This document shows positions 1 to 10,789 of a DNA stretch of 64,000 bases, piece after piece. Each line of letters opens with the position of its first letter. The stretch's first letter is position 1. Both the position numbers and the translations under genes were made by a program. Where the stretch lies: NCBI GenBank assembly GCA_902552755.1, contig CACDHV010000003.1, forward strand, positions 921 through 64,920, read 5' to 3'. The notes below the pieces were generated by a model that was not told the DNA's origin, ran no database searches, and saw only the letters and a list, made by a program, of their open reading frames with translations. Source of the DNA: an uncultured Pelagibacteraceae bacterium. GTDB taxonomy: Bacteria > Pseudomonadota > Alphaproteobacteria > Pelagibacterales > Pelagibacteraceae.

Positions 1-1
1 G

Positions 2-1297
2 CTTGATGAAAAGCAAGTAGATGAGGGTTTAAGAGAGATTAGGCTTGCTCTTTTAGAAGCGGATGTATCTTTAGAAGTTGTAAAAGAATTTATAAATAGA
101 GTGAAACCCAAAGCTCTTGGTCAAGAGATCATTAGGTCTACTTCACCAGGACAGATGGTAGTTAAAGTTGTTAACGATGAGTTAATTTCTTTCTTAGGGG
201 ATAAAAATTCTGATATTGAATTAAATGCAGTACCTCCTGTTCCAGTGATGTTAGTTGGGTTACAGGGTTCTGGAAAAACTACAACTACAGCTAAGTTAGC
301 AAGATTTTTAGAGGCTAACAAAAAGAAAAAAGTTATGATGGCTAGTCTAGACGTTTACAGACCTGCTGCACAAGAGCAACTAAGACTTTTGGGTGAGCAA
401 AATAATATATTAACGCTTCCAGTCATCAAAGATCAACTTCCTGCAGATATTTGTAGAAGAGCGATTAGTGCTGCTAATCTTAATGGAGCAGATGTAATTC
501 TATTTGATACAGCCGGAAGAACTCAGATTGATTTACAAATGATGAGTGAGATTAAACAAATTGAAAGTATTATAAATCCTTCAGAAACAATTCTTGTCGC
601 AGATTCTTTGACTGGCCAAGTAGCAGCTAATGTTGCTAAAGAATTTAAAAGTACTGTTAATCTGACAGGTATTATTCTTACAAGATCAGATGGCGATGGA
701 AGAGGTGGAGCAGCATTAAGTATGAAATATGTTGCAGATGTTCCAATTAAATTTTTAGGAGTTGGTGAAAAGATAGAAAATTTTGAAGTTTTTCACCCAG
801 ACAGAATTGCCAATAGAATTTTAGGTATGGGAGATATTGTTTCCCTTGTTGAAAAGGCTGCAGAAGATCTAGATGAAGAAAAATTAAAAAAAACAGAGGA
901 AAAATTAAAAAAAGGTCAGTTCTCGTTAGAGGATTATCTTACTCAGCTAAGACAAATGAAAAAAATGGGTGGTATTGAAGGTATAATGTCTTTTTTGCCT
1001 GGTGTTTCAAAAGTTAAATCTCAAATGGATCAAGCTGGAGTGGATGAAAAAATAATTACTCAAAACGAGGCGGTAATATTATCTATGACTAAAAAAGAGC
1101 GTGAAAACCCTAAGATTATAGATGGTTCTAGAAAAAAAAGAATTGCTAATGGCTCAGGAACAGACGTAGCCACTATCAATAAATTGCTTAAGCAATTTAA
1201 GATGATGTCAGAAATGATGAAAAAAATGTCCAAAGGAAATACAAAAGGGATGATGGATAAAGGCATACCACCAGAACTTTTTAATCAATTAAAATAA
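2..1297 (+). CDS. ffh: Signal recognition particle protein Ffh, 5'-truncated by the window edge
   Basis: Frame is open from base 2 (LDEKQVDEGLREIRLALLEADV). GLQGSGKTTT P-loop, DTAGR, DGDGRGGAALS, Met-rich M domain. Confidence 0.98.
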   Translation, partial: LDEKQVDEGLREIRLALLEADVSLEVVKEFINRVKPKALGQEIIRSTSPGQMVVKVVNDELISFLGDKNSDIELNAVPPVPVMLVGLQGSGKTTTTAKLARFLEANKKKKVMMASLDVYRPAAQEQLRLLGEQNNILTLPVIKDQLPADICRRAISAANLNGADVILFDTAGRTQIDLQMMSEIKQIESIINPSETILVADSLTGQVAANVAKEFKSTVNLTGIILTRSDGDGRGGAALSMKYVADVPIKFLGVGEKIENFEVFHPDRIANRILGMGDIVSLVEKAAEDLDEEKLKKTEEKLKKGQFSLEDYLTQLRQMKKMGGIEGIMSFLPGVSKVKSQMDQAGVDEKIITQNEAVILSMTKKERENPKIIDGSRKKRIANGSGTDVATINKLLKQFKMMSEMMKKMSKGNTKGMMDKGIPPELFNQLK

Positions 1298-1309
1298 ATA
1301 GGAGAACAA

Positions 1310-1807
1310 ATGTTAAAAATGCGTTTATCAATGGGAGGAACTAAGAAGAGACCAGTTTATAAGATAGTGGTTGCTGATAGTAGATTTCCAAGAGATGGAA
1401 GATTTATAGAAAAATTAGGTTTTTTTAATCCTCTAATTCCGAGAGAAAAAAAAGAAAGAATGGGATTAGATGTTGAGAGAGTTAAGTATTGGCTGGGTCA
1501 AGGGGCACAACCAACAACTAGAGTTGCAAGATTATTAGGAGAAAATGAGATTATGCCTATGCCAGCAAAAGGTAATAATCCTCAAAAAGCAATTCCAAAA
1601 AAAGATAGAAAGAAAACTGATGAGGGTGGCGAAGCTAAAGCAGATGCTCCTAAAACAGAAGCTCCGAAGGAAGAAGCTAAAACAGAAGCTCCAAAAGCAG
1701 AGGCACCAAAAGAAGAAGCTAAAACAGAAGCTCCAAAAGAAGAAGCTAAAACAGAAGCTTCGAAGGAAGAAGCTAAAACAGAAGCTTCGAAGGAAGAAGC
1801 TAAATAG
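1310..1807 (+). CDS. rpsP: 30S ribosomal protein S16 with a long Glu/Ala/Lys/Pro repeat tail
   Basis: [26 protein letters not shown] motif; GGAG RBS upstream; follows ffh. Confidence 0.97.
   Translation: MLKMRLSMGGTKKRPVYKIVVADSRFPRDGRFIEKLGFFNPLIPREKKERMGLDVERVKYWLGQGAQPTTRVARLLGENEIMPMPAKGNNPQKAIPKKDRKKTDEGGEAKADAPKTEAPKEEAKTEAPKAEAPKEEAKTEAPKEEAKTEASKEEAKTEASKEEAK
1631..1804 (+). repeat. Degenerate 27-nt coding tandem repeat ([10 protein letters not shown]) in the S16 tail
   Basis: Repeated GAAGAAGCTAAAACAGAAGCT(CCA/TCG)AA units. Confidence 0.9.
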
Positions 1808-1811
1808 AATA

Positions 1812-2495
1812 ATGTTTTTGTCTAGAGTATTTACGTTGTATCCTGAATATTTTCCTGGTTATTTGAGTAAAGGCCTTTTTGGAAAGTCAAAAGGAAAAGA
1901 ATGGGATTTAGAAACAGTAAACATAAGAGATTATGCTTTAGATAAACATAAAACCGTTGACGATACTCCTTATGGTGGAGGGAATGGAATGATTATGAAA
2001 GCAGATGTTTTGGCAAATTCATTAGATGCAAATATCAAGGCTAAAGAAAAGACCCTTTATTTAAGTCCAAGAGGAAAAGTTTTTAATTCTAAACTTGCAA
2101 GAGAGTTTTCGAGTGAAAAAACAATCAATTTAATTTGTGGACACTTTGAAGGAGTAGATGAGAGAATACTAGAAAGTAGAGATATTGAAGAGATTAGCAT
2201 TGGTGACTTTATATTGTCAGGGGGTGAGGTTGCTGCATTTGTTGTAACAGACTCTATTTTAAGATTTATTCCAGGAATTCTAGGTAATATTAATTCCTCA
2301 AGAGATGAGAGTTTTGAGAATGGTCTTCTTGAATATCCACAATTCACAAAACCTCAAGTTTGGGAGGAAAAAAAGGTCCCAAATGTGCTAATTTCAGGTG
2401 ATCACGCCAAAATTAAAGACTGGCGTTTATCCCAATCTGAGGCTATAACACGCGACCGAAGACCAGACTTGTGGCAAAAATATAAGAAAAATTAA
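1812..2495 (+). CDS. trmD: tRNA (guanine-N1)-methyltransferase TrmD
   Basis: Real start is the ATG at 1812 ([15 protein letters not shown]). [44 protein letters not shown] motifs. Confidence 0.96.
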   Translation: MFLSRVFTLYPEYFPGYLSKGLFGKSKGKEWDLETVNIRDYALDKHKTVDDTPYGGGNGMIMKADVLANSLDANIKAKEKTLYLSPRGKVFNSKLAREFSSEKTINLICGHFEGVDERILESRDIEEISIGDFILSGGEVAAFVVTDSILRFIPGILGNINSSRDESFENGLLEYPQFTKPQVWEEKKVPNVLISGDHAKIKDWRLSQSEAITRDRRPDLWQKYKKN

Positions 2496-2496
2496 A

Positions 2497-3102
2497 ATGA
2501 AAAATATTGAAGAAATAAACAGATCAAATTTAAACAAGATTATTTCTGAGAGAAAACATCCTGATTTTTTCCCTGGAGACATCGTTAAAGTTGGGGTTAG
2601 GATAACAGAGGGTAAAAGAGACAGAATTCAATATTTTGAAGGAGTATGTATCGCAAAAAAGAGTAGAGATATCAATTCATCTTTTACTGTTAGAAAAATT
2701 TCTTTTGGTGAGGGAGTAGAAAGAACTTTTGCATTATATAGCCCAATTGTTGATACAATAAAAGTTGTAAGATCAGGAAAAGTAAGAAGAGCAAAATTAT
2801 ACTATCTAAGAGATAGAACTGGTAAATCTGCTAGAATAGCTGAAAAAATTAAGAAGACGATTGGTATTGATTTAGAAACTAAAATTAATGAGGTTACTGA
2901 GGAAAACGTAATGCCATCAACTGATCCTCAAACAGAGGCTCCTAAAGAAGAAGTTAAAGCAGAAGCTCCTAAAGAAGAAGTTAAAGCAGAAGCTCCTAAA
3001 GAAGAAGTTAAAGCAGAGCCTGTAAAAAAAAGAAGAACCGAAAGAAAATCAAGAACAGAAAAAATAATTTTTTTTCTAAATGCCTTTTACAACTTACGAT
3101 AA
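2497..3102 (+). CDS. rplS: 50S ribosomal protein L19 with repeat tail; true stop probably at 3067 (extra A in the A8 run at 3024-3031)
   Basis: [16 protein letters not shown] and [12 protein letters not shown] motifs. Removing one A gives ...[14 protein letters not shown] and removes the overlap with leuC. Confidence 0.95.
   Translation: MKNIEEINRSNLNKIISERKHPDFFPGDIVKVGVRITEGKRDRIQYFEGVCIAKKSRDINSSFTVRKISFGEGVERTFALYSPIVDTIKVVRSGKVRRAKLYYLRDRTGKSARIAEKIKKTIGIDLETKINEVTEENVMPSTDPQTEAPKEEVKAEAPKEEVKAEAPKEEVKAEPVKKRRTERKSRTEKIIFFLNAFYNLR
2938..3018 (+). repeat. Three near-perfect 27-nt tandem repeats (APKEEVKAE) in the L19 tail
   Basis: GCTCCTAAAGAAGAAGTTAAAGCAGAA x3. Confidence 0.93.
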
Positions 3103-4483
3103 AATTTGGAACGATCATCTAGTTGATGAACAACCTGATGGTACATCACTTTTGTTTGTAGATAGACATTTGATTCATGAAGTTACAAGCCCTCAAGCAT
3201 TTGAAGGCTTAAGAAATTCAAACAGAAAAGTAAGACACCCTAAACTAACTCTTGCTGTTGCAGATCATAACGTTCCAACAACTGACAGGTCAAAAGGTAT
3301 CGCAGATGAAGACTCGAGAATTCAAGTTGAAACTTTGAACAAAAACTGTAAGGAATTTGGAGTAGAGATTTTTGGAATGGATGATAAAAGACAAGGCATT
3401 GTCCATATCATAGGGCCTGAACAAGGTTTTACACAGCCTGGAAATATTATTGTTTGTGGTGATAGTCATACTGCAACTCATGGAGCATTTGGAGCTTTAG
3501 CTTTTGGTATTGGAACTTCAGAAGTAGAACACGTTTTAGCAACACAAACTTTAGTTCAAAAAAAATCAAAAAACTTTAGAATTAGCGTAAATGGTTCATT
3601 ACCTATTGGCGTAACATCAAAGGATGTCATCTTGCAGATAATTGGAAAAATAGGAACTGCTGGTGGTACTGGTTATGTGATTGAGTATGCCGGTAACCTT
3701 ATATCTAATCTAAGTGTTGAACAAAGAATGACGATTTGCAACATGACGATTGAAGGTGGGGCAAGAGCAGGATTAATTCAACCAGATGAAAAGATTTTCC
3801 AATATTTAAAAGGTAAACCAATGTCACCAAAAGGAGAAAACTGGGAAAAAGCTTTAGAATATTGGCATACATTAAAATCTGATAAGGATGCAAACTTTGA
3901 TAAAGAATTAACGTTAGATGGATCTCAAATTAAGCCAATGGTAACTTGGGGAACATCTCCCCAGGATGTGGTTGAAATAGACGGTAAAGTTCCCAATCCT
4001 GAAAGTGAAACTGATCCAGATAGAAAAAATTCAATTAACAGATCATTAAATTATATGGGATTAAAACCAAATACGAATATTCAAGATATTAAGATTGATA
4101 AAGTTTTTATAGGAAGCTGCACTAACGGGAGAATAGAAGATATAAGAGAGGCAGCTAAAATATTAAAAGATAAAAAAGTTGCATCACATGTACATGCAAT
4201 GATTGTTCCAGGTTCTGGTTTAGTTAAAGAACAAGCAGAGCAAGAGGGTCTGGATAAAATATTTTTAGAATCAGGCTTTGAATGGAGAGAGCCAGGCTGT
4301 TCAATGTGTCTAGCAATGAATGCGGATAAGCTTAAACCTGAAGAAAGATGTGCATCTACCTCTAATAGAAATTTTGAGGGTAGACAGGGAAGAGGTGGTA
4401 GAACACATTTAGTTAGTCCAGCAATGGCTGCAGCAGCTGCAATTTCTGGAAACTTAGATGATGTTAGAAAATACCAAAATTAA
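3080..4483 (+). CDS. leuC: 3-isopropylmalate dehydratase large subunit
   Basis: [42 protein letters not shown]. Confidence 0.98.
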   Translation: MPFTTYDKIWNDHLVDEQPDGTSLLFVDRHLIHEVTSPQAFEGLRNSNRKVRHPKLTLAVADHNVPTTDRSKGIADEDSRIQVETLNKNCKEFGVEIFGMDDKRQGIVHIIGPEQGFTQPGNIIVCGDSHTATHGAFGALAFGIGTSEVEHVLATQTLVQKKSKNFRISVNGSLPIGVTSKDVILQIIGKIGTAGGTGYVIEYAGNLISNLSVEQRMTICNMTIEGGARAGLIQPDEKIFQYLKGKPMSPKGENWEKALEYWHTLKSDKDANFDKELTLDGSQIKPMVTWGTSPQDVVEIDGKVPNPESETDPDRKNSINRSLNYMGLKPNTNIQDIKIDKVFIGSCTNGRIEDIREAAKILKDKKVASHVHAMIVPGSGLVKEQAEQEGLDKIFLESGFEWREPGCSMCLAMNADKLKPEERCASTSNRNFEGRQGRGGRTHLVSPAMAAAAAISGNLDDVRKYQN

Positions 4484-5089
4484 ATGAATAAATTTATCTC
4501 AATAAAAAGTATTCCAGCTTATCTACCTATCGTCAATATAGATACAGACATGATAATTCCTAAACAGTTTTTAAAAACCATAAAAAGAACTGGACTAGGA
4601 AAAAATTTATTTTTTGAAATGAGATATGATCAAAGTGGTAAAGAGATAGATGACTTTATTTTAAATAATAGTCCGTATAATAATTCTAAAATTTTAATTG
4701 CAGGAAAGAATTTTGGATGTGGCTCTTCTAGAGAACATGCTCCTTGGGCTTTAATGGATTTTGGAATAACTTGTGTAATTAGTTCAAGTTATGCAGATAT
4801 ATTTTATAATAACTGTTTTAAGAATGGGATTCTCCCAATTACAATTTCAGAGGATCAAATCAAAGAAATTTCAGAGTACTCGAATAGAAAAGAGGAAATT
4901 TCTGTAAATTTGCCTGAGCAAACAATAAGTTTTGGTAATAAAGAAATAAAATTTGAAATAGATCAATTTAAGAAAAAATGTCTAATAGAGGGATTAGATG
5001 ATATTGCGTTATCTCTAGAAAAATCTGAAAAAATAGTTTCATACGAAAATAAAATTAAAGAGGCAAAACCTTGGATATTTAATGATTAA
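4484..5089 (+). CDS. leuD: 3-isopropylmalate dehydratase small subunit
   Basis: [29 protein letters not shown]. Confidence 0.98.
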   Translation: MNKFISIKSIPAYLPIVNIDTDMIIPKQFLKTIKRTGLGKNLFFEMRYDQSGKEIDDFILNNSPYNNSKILIAGKNFGCGSSREHAPWALMDFGITCVISSSYADIFYNNCFKNGILPITISEDQIKEISEYSNRKEEISVNLPEQTISFGNKEIKFEIDQFKKKCLIEGLDDIALSLEKSEKIVSYENKIKEAKPWIFND

Positions 5090-6188
5090 AATTAAAAAAA
5101 GAAAAATTTTATTATTACCAGGAGATGGTATCGGACCAGAGGTAATTGCTGAGGTCAAAAAAATAATTGAGTGGTTTAACTCAAATAAATCCTTGGATTT
5201 TGAAATTGACCAAGATTTGGTTGGTGGTGCTGCTTATGACAAACATGGAACCCCAATAACTGATGAAGCATTTTATAAGGCACAAGAAAGTGCTGCAGTA
5301 ATACTAGGTGCTGTTGGTGGACCAAAATGGGATAATATTGATTTTTCAAAAAAACCAGAGAGAGCTCTTTTAAAATTAAGAAAAGAATTAAAATTATTTG
5401 CAAATTTGAGACCTGCGATTTGTTTTAAACAACTCGTTGATGCCTCAAGTTTAAAGCCTGAATTTGTTTCTAATTTAGATATTCTTTTTGTTAGGGAATT
5501 AACGGGTGGGATTTACTTTGGTGAACCTAGAGGGATAAAACCAATTGATAATGGTGAAAGAAAAGGAATTAATACTCATGTCTATACTACTAGTGAAATC
5601 GAGAGAGTAGCCCGTGTTGCATTTGATCTAGCCAGAAAAAGGAATAATAAAGTTACTTCCTGTGAAAAGTCGAATGTCATGGAGGCAGGTCAATTATGGA
5701 AAGAAGAAGTGCAAGCAATTCATGAAAAAGAATATAGTGATGTAGAATTAAAACATATGCTAGCAGATAACTGTGCGATGCAGTTAGTTAGAAATCCTAA
5801 ACAATTTGATGTGATAGTAACAGATAATCTTTTTGGCGACATGTTATCAGATGAAGCTGCAATGTTGACTGGTTCTCTAGGGCTCTTGCCATCTGCGTCC
5901 CTTGGAGCCAAAGATAAAAACGGTAATATGAGATCTTTATATGAGCCAGTTCATGGATCAGCACCCGATATAGCAGGTCAAGGTATTGCTAATCCAATAG
6001 CAACAATACTGAGTTTTGCAATGGCTTTAAGATATTCTTTAGATCTAGATAAAGAGGCAGATAGTTTAGAAACTGCTGTTCAAGGTGTACTTGATGAGGG
6101 TCTTAGAACTAAAGACATTATTTCTAAGGGAATGAAAGAAGTATCAACATCAGTGATGGGAGATGCGATAATTTCAAAATTGCAATAA
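5082..6188 (+). CDS. leuB: 3-isopropylmalate dehydrogenase
   Basis: [42 protein letters not shown]. Confidence 0.98.
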   Translation: MIKIKKRKILLLPGDGIGPEVIAEVKKIIEWFNSNKSLDFEIDQDLVGGAAYDKHGTPITDEAFYKAQESAAVILGAVGGPKWDNIDFSKKPERALLKLRKELKLFANLRPAICFKQLVDASSLKPEFVSNLDILFVRELTGGIYFGEPRGIKPIDNGERKGINTHVYTTSEIERVARVAFDLARKRNNKVTSCEKSNVMEAGQLWKEEVQAIHEKEYSDVELKHMLADNCAMQLVRNPKQFDVIVTDNLFGDMLSDEAAMLTGSLGLLPSASLGAKDKNGNMRSLYEPVHGSAPDIAGQGIANPIATILSFAMALRYSLDLDKEADSLETAVQGVLDEGLRTKDIISKGMKEVSTSVMGDAIISKLQ

Positions 6189-6208
6189 TTAAACATTTAT
6201 TCTAAAGT
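6180..6208 (+). promoter_or_regulatory. Putative sigma70 promoter for dmdC, probably giving a leaderless mRNA
   Basis: TTGCAA-N17-TAAAGT, then 6 nt to the ATG at 6215; no SD. Confidence 0.5.
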
Positions 6209-6214
6209 ATACTT

Positions 6215-7978
6215 ATGCCAACTTACAACGCACCAGTAGATGATATGATGTTTCTCTTTGATAAATTGAGGAACAATAAAAAATATAATGAAATTGAAAA
6301 ATATAAAGAAGTTAATACAGAATTAGTTAAAGATATTTTAGAAGAAGCAGCAAAAATTACTCAAAACTTAATCTTACCTCTTGCAAAAAGTGGAGATGAA
6401 ACTCCAGCTGTTTTAGAAAATGGCGTGGTTAGAACACCGCCAGGATATAAGGAAGCTTATCAAAAATTTATAGAAGATGGATGGATTTCCTTATCTTGTG
6501 ATCCGAAATATGGTGGTCAAGGAATGCCTAAAACAGTAAGCACTTTCTTTGATGAGATGTTATCATCTGCAAGTTTATCTTTTAAACTTTACAGTGAATT
6601 GACTATAGGAGCATATAACTGTTTGTTAAGGCATGCTGATGATGAAATAAAAAATACTTATTTACCTAAAATGGTTGAGGGTAAATGGAGCGGCACAATG
6701 TGTTTAACAGAACCAGTATGCGGAACAGACTTAGGTCTTCTAAAAACTAAAGCAGTAGATCAAAATGATGGAACTTACAAAATTAGTGGTCAAAAAATTT
6801 TTATTACTTCAGGTGATCAAGATTTAACAGAAAATATTATTCATTTAGTATTAGCTCGATCAACAGACTCACCAGCAGGAACAAAAGGTATCAGTTTATT
6901 TTTAGTTCCAAAATTCGTTTTAAATAAAGATGGATCAGTTGGGCCAAGAAACGGAGTTTCAACAGGATCAATAGAAAACAAAATGGGCATTAAGGGATCT
7001 GCAACATGTGTATTAAATTTTGATGATGCTGTTGGTTATATGATTGGACCAAAAAACAAAGGCCTTAACTCTATGTTCACAATGATGAATTTGGAGAGAA
7101 TTATTGTTGGGATTCAAGGGTTAGGTATTTCTGAAATTGCATACCAAAATTCCCTTACTTACGCCAAAGAAAGAAAACAAGGTAAGGCATTTAATTCAAA
7201 ATCAAATAATGGTGCAGATTTTATTATTGATCACGTTGATATTAGACGGTCACTTTTGAGTATGAAGTCTATGATAGAGGGACAAAGAGCCTTGAGTTTC
7301 TGGCTGTCTCAACAAATTGAAGTTAGCTTAAATCATTCTGATGAAAAAATAAAACAAGAAGCATCAGATCTTGTTTCATTAATGACTCCAGTTGTTAAAT
7401 CGCTTTTCACCGATAATGCAATGGAAATTACAAGTGAAGCAATGCAAATTCATGGAGGATACGGATTTACTAAAGATCAAGGTATTGAACAATTCTACAG
7501 AGACAATAGAATTACACCTATTTATGAGGGAACAAATTCAGTTCAGGCTGCTGACTTAGTCTTCAGAAAATTAATCAATAAAAATGGTGATATTATTGAA
7601 AACTATCTAAATTTGGTTAAAGACGAGATTAAAATTACTGACAAAAGAGCCGAGCCTTTTGTAAAACAACTTAACTATCATCTTGATATTTTGTCAAAAT
7701 TTACTGATTGGATGAAGGAAAAAATAAAAAATTCTCCAGAAGATGCAAGTGGAGCATGTAACGATTATTTAAAAGTTCTTGGTTTAGTTGCAACCGGACA
7801 TGCTTGGTTAAAAGTTCTAGAAGTTTCCTTCAAAGAATATGAGAGTAATAAAGATTTTTATGATGACAAAATCCAAACTGCCAACTTTTTCTTTAATAGA
7901 GTACTTCCTAGGATAGAAAGCAGTTATATTACTGCAACTACTGGAAGTAATTATATTATGAATTACAAATTTAATTAG
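6215..7978 (+). CDS. dmdC: Acyl-CoA dehydrogenase, likely methylmercaptopropionyl-CoA dehydrogenase DmdC
   Basis: TMCLTEP..GTDLG, KIFITSG, KMGIKGSATC, QIHGGYG, IYEGTN; long 587-aa type; adjacent to dmdB and dmdA. Confidence 0.85.
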   Translation: MPTYNAPVDDMMFLFDKLRNNKKYNEIEKYKEVNTELVKDILEEAAKITQNLILPLAKSGDETPAVLENGVVRTPPGYKEAYQKFIEDGWISLSCDPKYGGQGMPKTVSTFFDEMLSSASLSFKLYSELTIGAYNCLLRHADDEIKNTYLPKMVEGKWSGTMCLTEPVCGTDLGLLKTKAVDQNDGTYKISGQKIFITSGDQDLTENIIHLVLARSTDSPAGTKGISLFLVPKFVLNKDGSVGPRNGVSTGSIENKMGIKGSATCVLNFDDAVGYMIGPKNKGLNSMFTMMNLERIIVGIQGLGISEIAYQNSLTYAKERKQGKAFNSKSNNGADFIIDHVDIRRSLLSMKSMIEGQRALSFWLSQQIEVSLNHSDEKIKQEASDLVSLMTPVVKSLFTDNAMEITSEAMQIHGGYGFTKDQGIEQFYRDNRITPIYEGTNSVQAADLVFRKLINKNGDIIENYLNLVKDEIKITDKRAEPFVKQLNYHLDILSKFTDWMKEKIKNSPEDASGACNDYLKVLGLVATGHAWLKVLEVSFKEYESNKDFYDDKIQTANFFFNRVLPRIESSYITATTGSNYIMNYKFN

Positions 7979-7979
7979 A

Positions 7980-9609
7980 ATGAACCCTTATGAAACAAAT
8001 TTGGATAAAAACGAAGCCAATTATGTTCCATTAACCCCTTTATCATTTCTAGAAAGAGCAAAAGATATTTATCCAAACTACGAAGCAGTAGTTTATGAAA
8101 GTAGGAAATACACTTGGAGTGAAGTTTACAAAAGATGTATTAAGTTTGCTAGTGCATTAGATAAATTGGGAATTAAAACAGGTGATACGGTATCTGTCTT
8201 GGCTTTTAACACACCTGAAATATTTGAAGCGCATTATTCCATTCCTATGGTTGGAGCAGTTATAAATGCCATTAATACAAGACTAGACTCAAAAACAATT
8301 AGTTATATTTTAAATCACAGTGAAGCGAAGGTGCTAATTGTAGATAGACAATTTCATGATGTAGTAAAAAAAGCTTTAGAAGAAGTTAATTCAAAAATTA
8401 CTATAATTGATATAGATGATAAAGATGCAAAGCTAACCGACTCAAAAAAATATAGGATCTTTGGAATATGAGGAGTTTTTAAATTCTGGAGATGAAAATT
8501 TTAAATGGAAAATGCCAAAAGATGAGTGGCAAGCTATAGCATTAGGTTATACTTCTGGAACAACTGGTAATCCAAAAGGAGTTGTTTATCATCATAGAGG
8601 ATCATATTTAATGGCAACAGGAAGTGCAGTTGCATGGAATATGCCTAATCAGTTAAATTTTTTATACACAGTACCAATGTTTCATTGTAATGGCTGGTGT
8701 TATCCTTGGACAATGTCAATGATTCATGGTCGAGTAATTTGTCTGAGAAATATTGATGTAAAAAAGATATTTGAATTAATTGATAAATATGAAGTTACTC
8801 ATTTTGGTGGAGCACCAATAGTTTTAAACATGTTAGCTAATGCACCTGAGGATCAGCAAAAGGAATTAAAAAGGAAGGTATATGTATTAACAGCAGGTGC
8901 TCCTCCTCCTAGTATAATTTTTGAAAAAATGCAAAAGTTAGGCTTTGAAGTAATGCATGTATATGGTCTTACAGAAACCTATGGTCATATCTTGCAGTGT
9001 GCATGGAATCAAGAATGGGATGAATTAGATCAAAATAACCAAAACGAAATAAGAGCAAGACAAGGCGTAAGGTATCCCAATACAGAAGGCGTCATTGTAA
9101 TGGACCCTGAAACCATGAAGCCAGTTCCTCATGATGGAAAAACAATGGGTGAAATTATGATTAGAGGAAATGTGGTGATGAAAGGTTATTTTAAAGATAA
9201 AGAAGCGACAGAAAAATCAATGGATGGAGGATGGTTTCATTCTGGCGACTTAGCTGTAACTCATCCAAGTGGTTACATAAAAATACAAGACCGATCAAAA
9301 GATATCATAATTTCAGGAGGAGAAAATATTTCATCTATCGAAATTGAAAATACGATTTCAAAACATCCTGCTGTATCACTGGCAGCTGTTGTAGCAAAAC
9401 CAGATGAAAAATGGGGTGAAACACCTTGTGCTTTTGTTGAATTAATCGAAGGAAAATCAAGTTCAGAGGAAGAAATTATTAAATTTTGTCGAGAAACTCT
9501 TGCTGGATTTAAACTTCCTAAGAAGGTTGTGTTTACTCCGCTACCAAAGACATCCACTGGAAAGATTCAAAAGTTTGAACTGAGAAAACAAGCTAAGGAA
9601 TTAAACTAA
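7980..9609 (+). CDS. dmdB: Acyl-CoA synthetase, likely MMPA-CoA ligase DmdB; split by an extra A in the A7 run at 8444-8450
   Basis: The two ORFs (7980-8471, 8461-9609) join as ...DSKNIGSLEYEEFL when one A is removed. YTSGTTGNPKG, YGLTET, GWFHSGD, LPKTSTGKIQK. Confidence 0.85.
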
Positions 9610-9660
9610 TATAGTTTCTTTACAAAAATCAAATAAGATGGCAGTAATGCTCAAAAAAAA

Positions 9661-10770
9661 ATGAAAACTTTTTTAATAGCAAAATCAAGAAGGCTTAGAG
9701 GTACACCGTACACCTCTAGAATTGAAAAACAAGGTGTAACTGCTTATACTATATATAATCATATGTTGCTGCCAGCAGCATTTGGTTCTGTAGAAGATGC
9801 TTATCATCACTTGAAAGAGCATGTTCAGATTTGGGATGTTGCCGCTGAAAGACAAGTTGAAATTTCTGGAAAAGACTCAGCAAAATTGGTTCAATTGATG
9901 ACTTGCAGAGATTTATCAAAATCCAAAGATGGAAGATGTTATTACTGCCCAATCATTGATGACAATGCAGGTTTAATTAATGATCCTGTAGTTCTAAGAT
10001 TAAATGAAAATAGGTGGTGGGTCTCTTTAGCTGACTCAGATGTAATTCTATTTGCCAAAGGATTAGCGATTGGAAACAAATTTGATGTAAAAATTTCTGA
10101 ACCTGATGTTGATATAATGGCAGTTCAAGGACCAAAATCATTTCAATTAATGGAAAAAGTTTTTGGAGAAAAAATTGTAAATTTAAAATTTTTTGGTTTT
10201 GATTATTTTGAATTTGGTGGCGATAAACACCTTATTGCAAAGTCTGGATGGTCAAAACAGGGTGGCTATGAAATTTATATGGAACACAACGAGTCAGGTT
10301 TAAAACTATACGATCATCTTTTTGAAATTGGAAAGGAATTCAATATTAGACCAGGTGGACCAAACCTTATCGAACGTATTGAGAGTGGTTTACTTTCCCA
10401 TGGTAACGATATGGACAATGGAGATAATCCATATGAGTGTGGTTTTGACAAGTATGTAAATATAGATAGTGATGTTGATTTCTTAGGTAAAGAAAAATTG
10501 AAAAAAATTAAAGCTGAAGGAATTAAAAAAAAACTTATGGGAGTGAAAATTGATGCCAAGGAAATAAGTGTTAATGGCTCAATGGATCTAGTAGATGAAG
10601 ATAATAATGTAATTGGAGAATTAAGATCTGGTTGTTACAATCCAACTTTTAAACAAGTCATTGGGATTGCAATGATTAACAAACCACACTTTGAGACTTC
10701 GAAATCCTTTAAAATCAATATAAATGGCTCTGATTTTCATGGAAAAGTTTGTGATTTACCTTTCATTTAG
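9661..10770 (+). CDS. dmdA: Dimethylsulfoniopropionate demethylase DmdA (GcvT family)
   Basis: 369 aa; [50 protein letters not shown] match the Pelagibacter DmdA sequence as I recall it. Confidence 0.93.
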   Translation: MKTFLIAKSRRLRGTPYTSRIEKQGVTAYTIYNHMLLPAAFGSVEDAYHHLKEHVQIWDVAAERQVEISGKDSAKLVQLMTCRDLSKSKDGRCYYCPIIDDNAGLINDPVVLRLNENRWWVSLADSDVILFAKGLAIGNKFDVKISEPDVDIMAVQGPKSFQLMEKVFGEKIVNLKFFGFDYFEFGGDKHLIAKSGWSKQGGYEIYMEHNESGLKLYDHLFEIGKEFNIRPGGPNLIERIESGLLSHGNDMDNGDNPYECGFDKYVNIDSDVDFLGKEKLKKIKAEGIKKKLMGVKIDAKEISVNGSMDLVDEDNNVIGELRSGCYNPTFKQVIGIAMINKPHFETSKSFKININGSDFHGKVCDLPFI

Positions 10771-10789
10771 TATAAAACTTTAAAATATC

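Noticed and set aside
1545-1811. Lys/Gln/Leu-rich N-terminal extension of TrmD in the ORF track
   Set aside because: It is the stop-free shadow frame of the rpsP repeat tail; TrmD similarity starts at the ATG at 1812.
1631-3018. 27-nt repeats as a CRISPR array
   Set aside because: They are in-frame coding tandem repeats with no unique spacers and no cas genes.
9661-10770. Call as glycine cleavage T protein
   Set aside because: It has DmdA-type motifs and dmdB/dmdC neighbours, and no gcvH or gcvP nearby.
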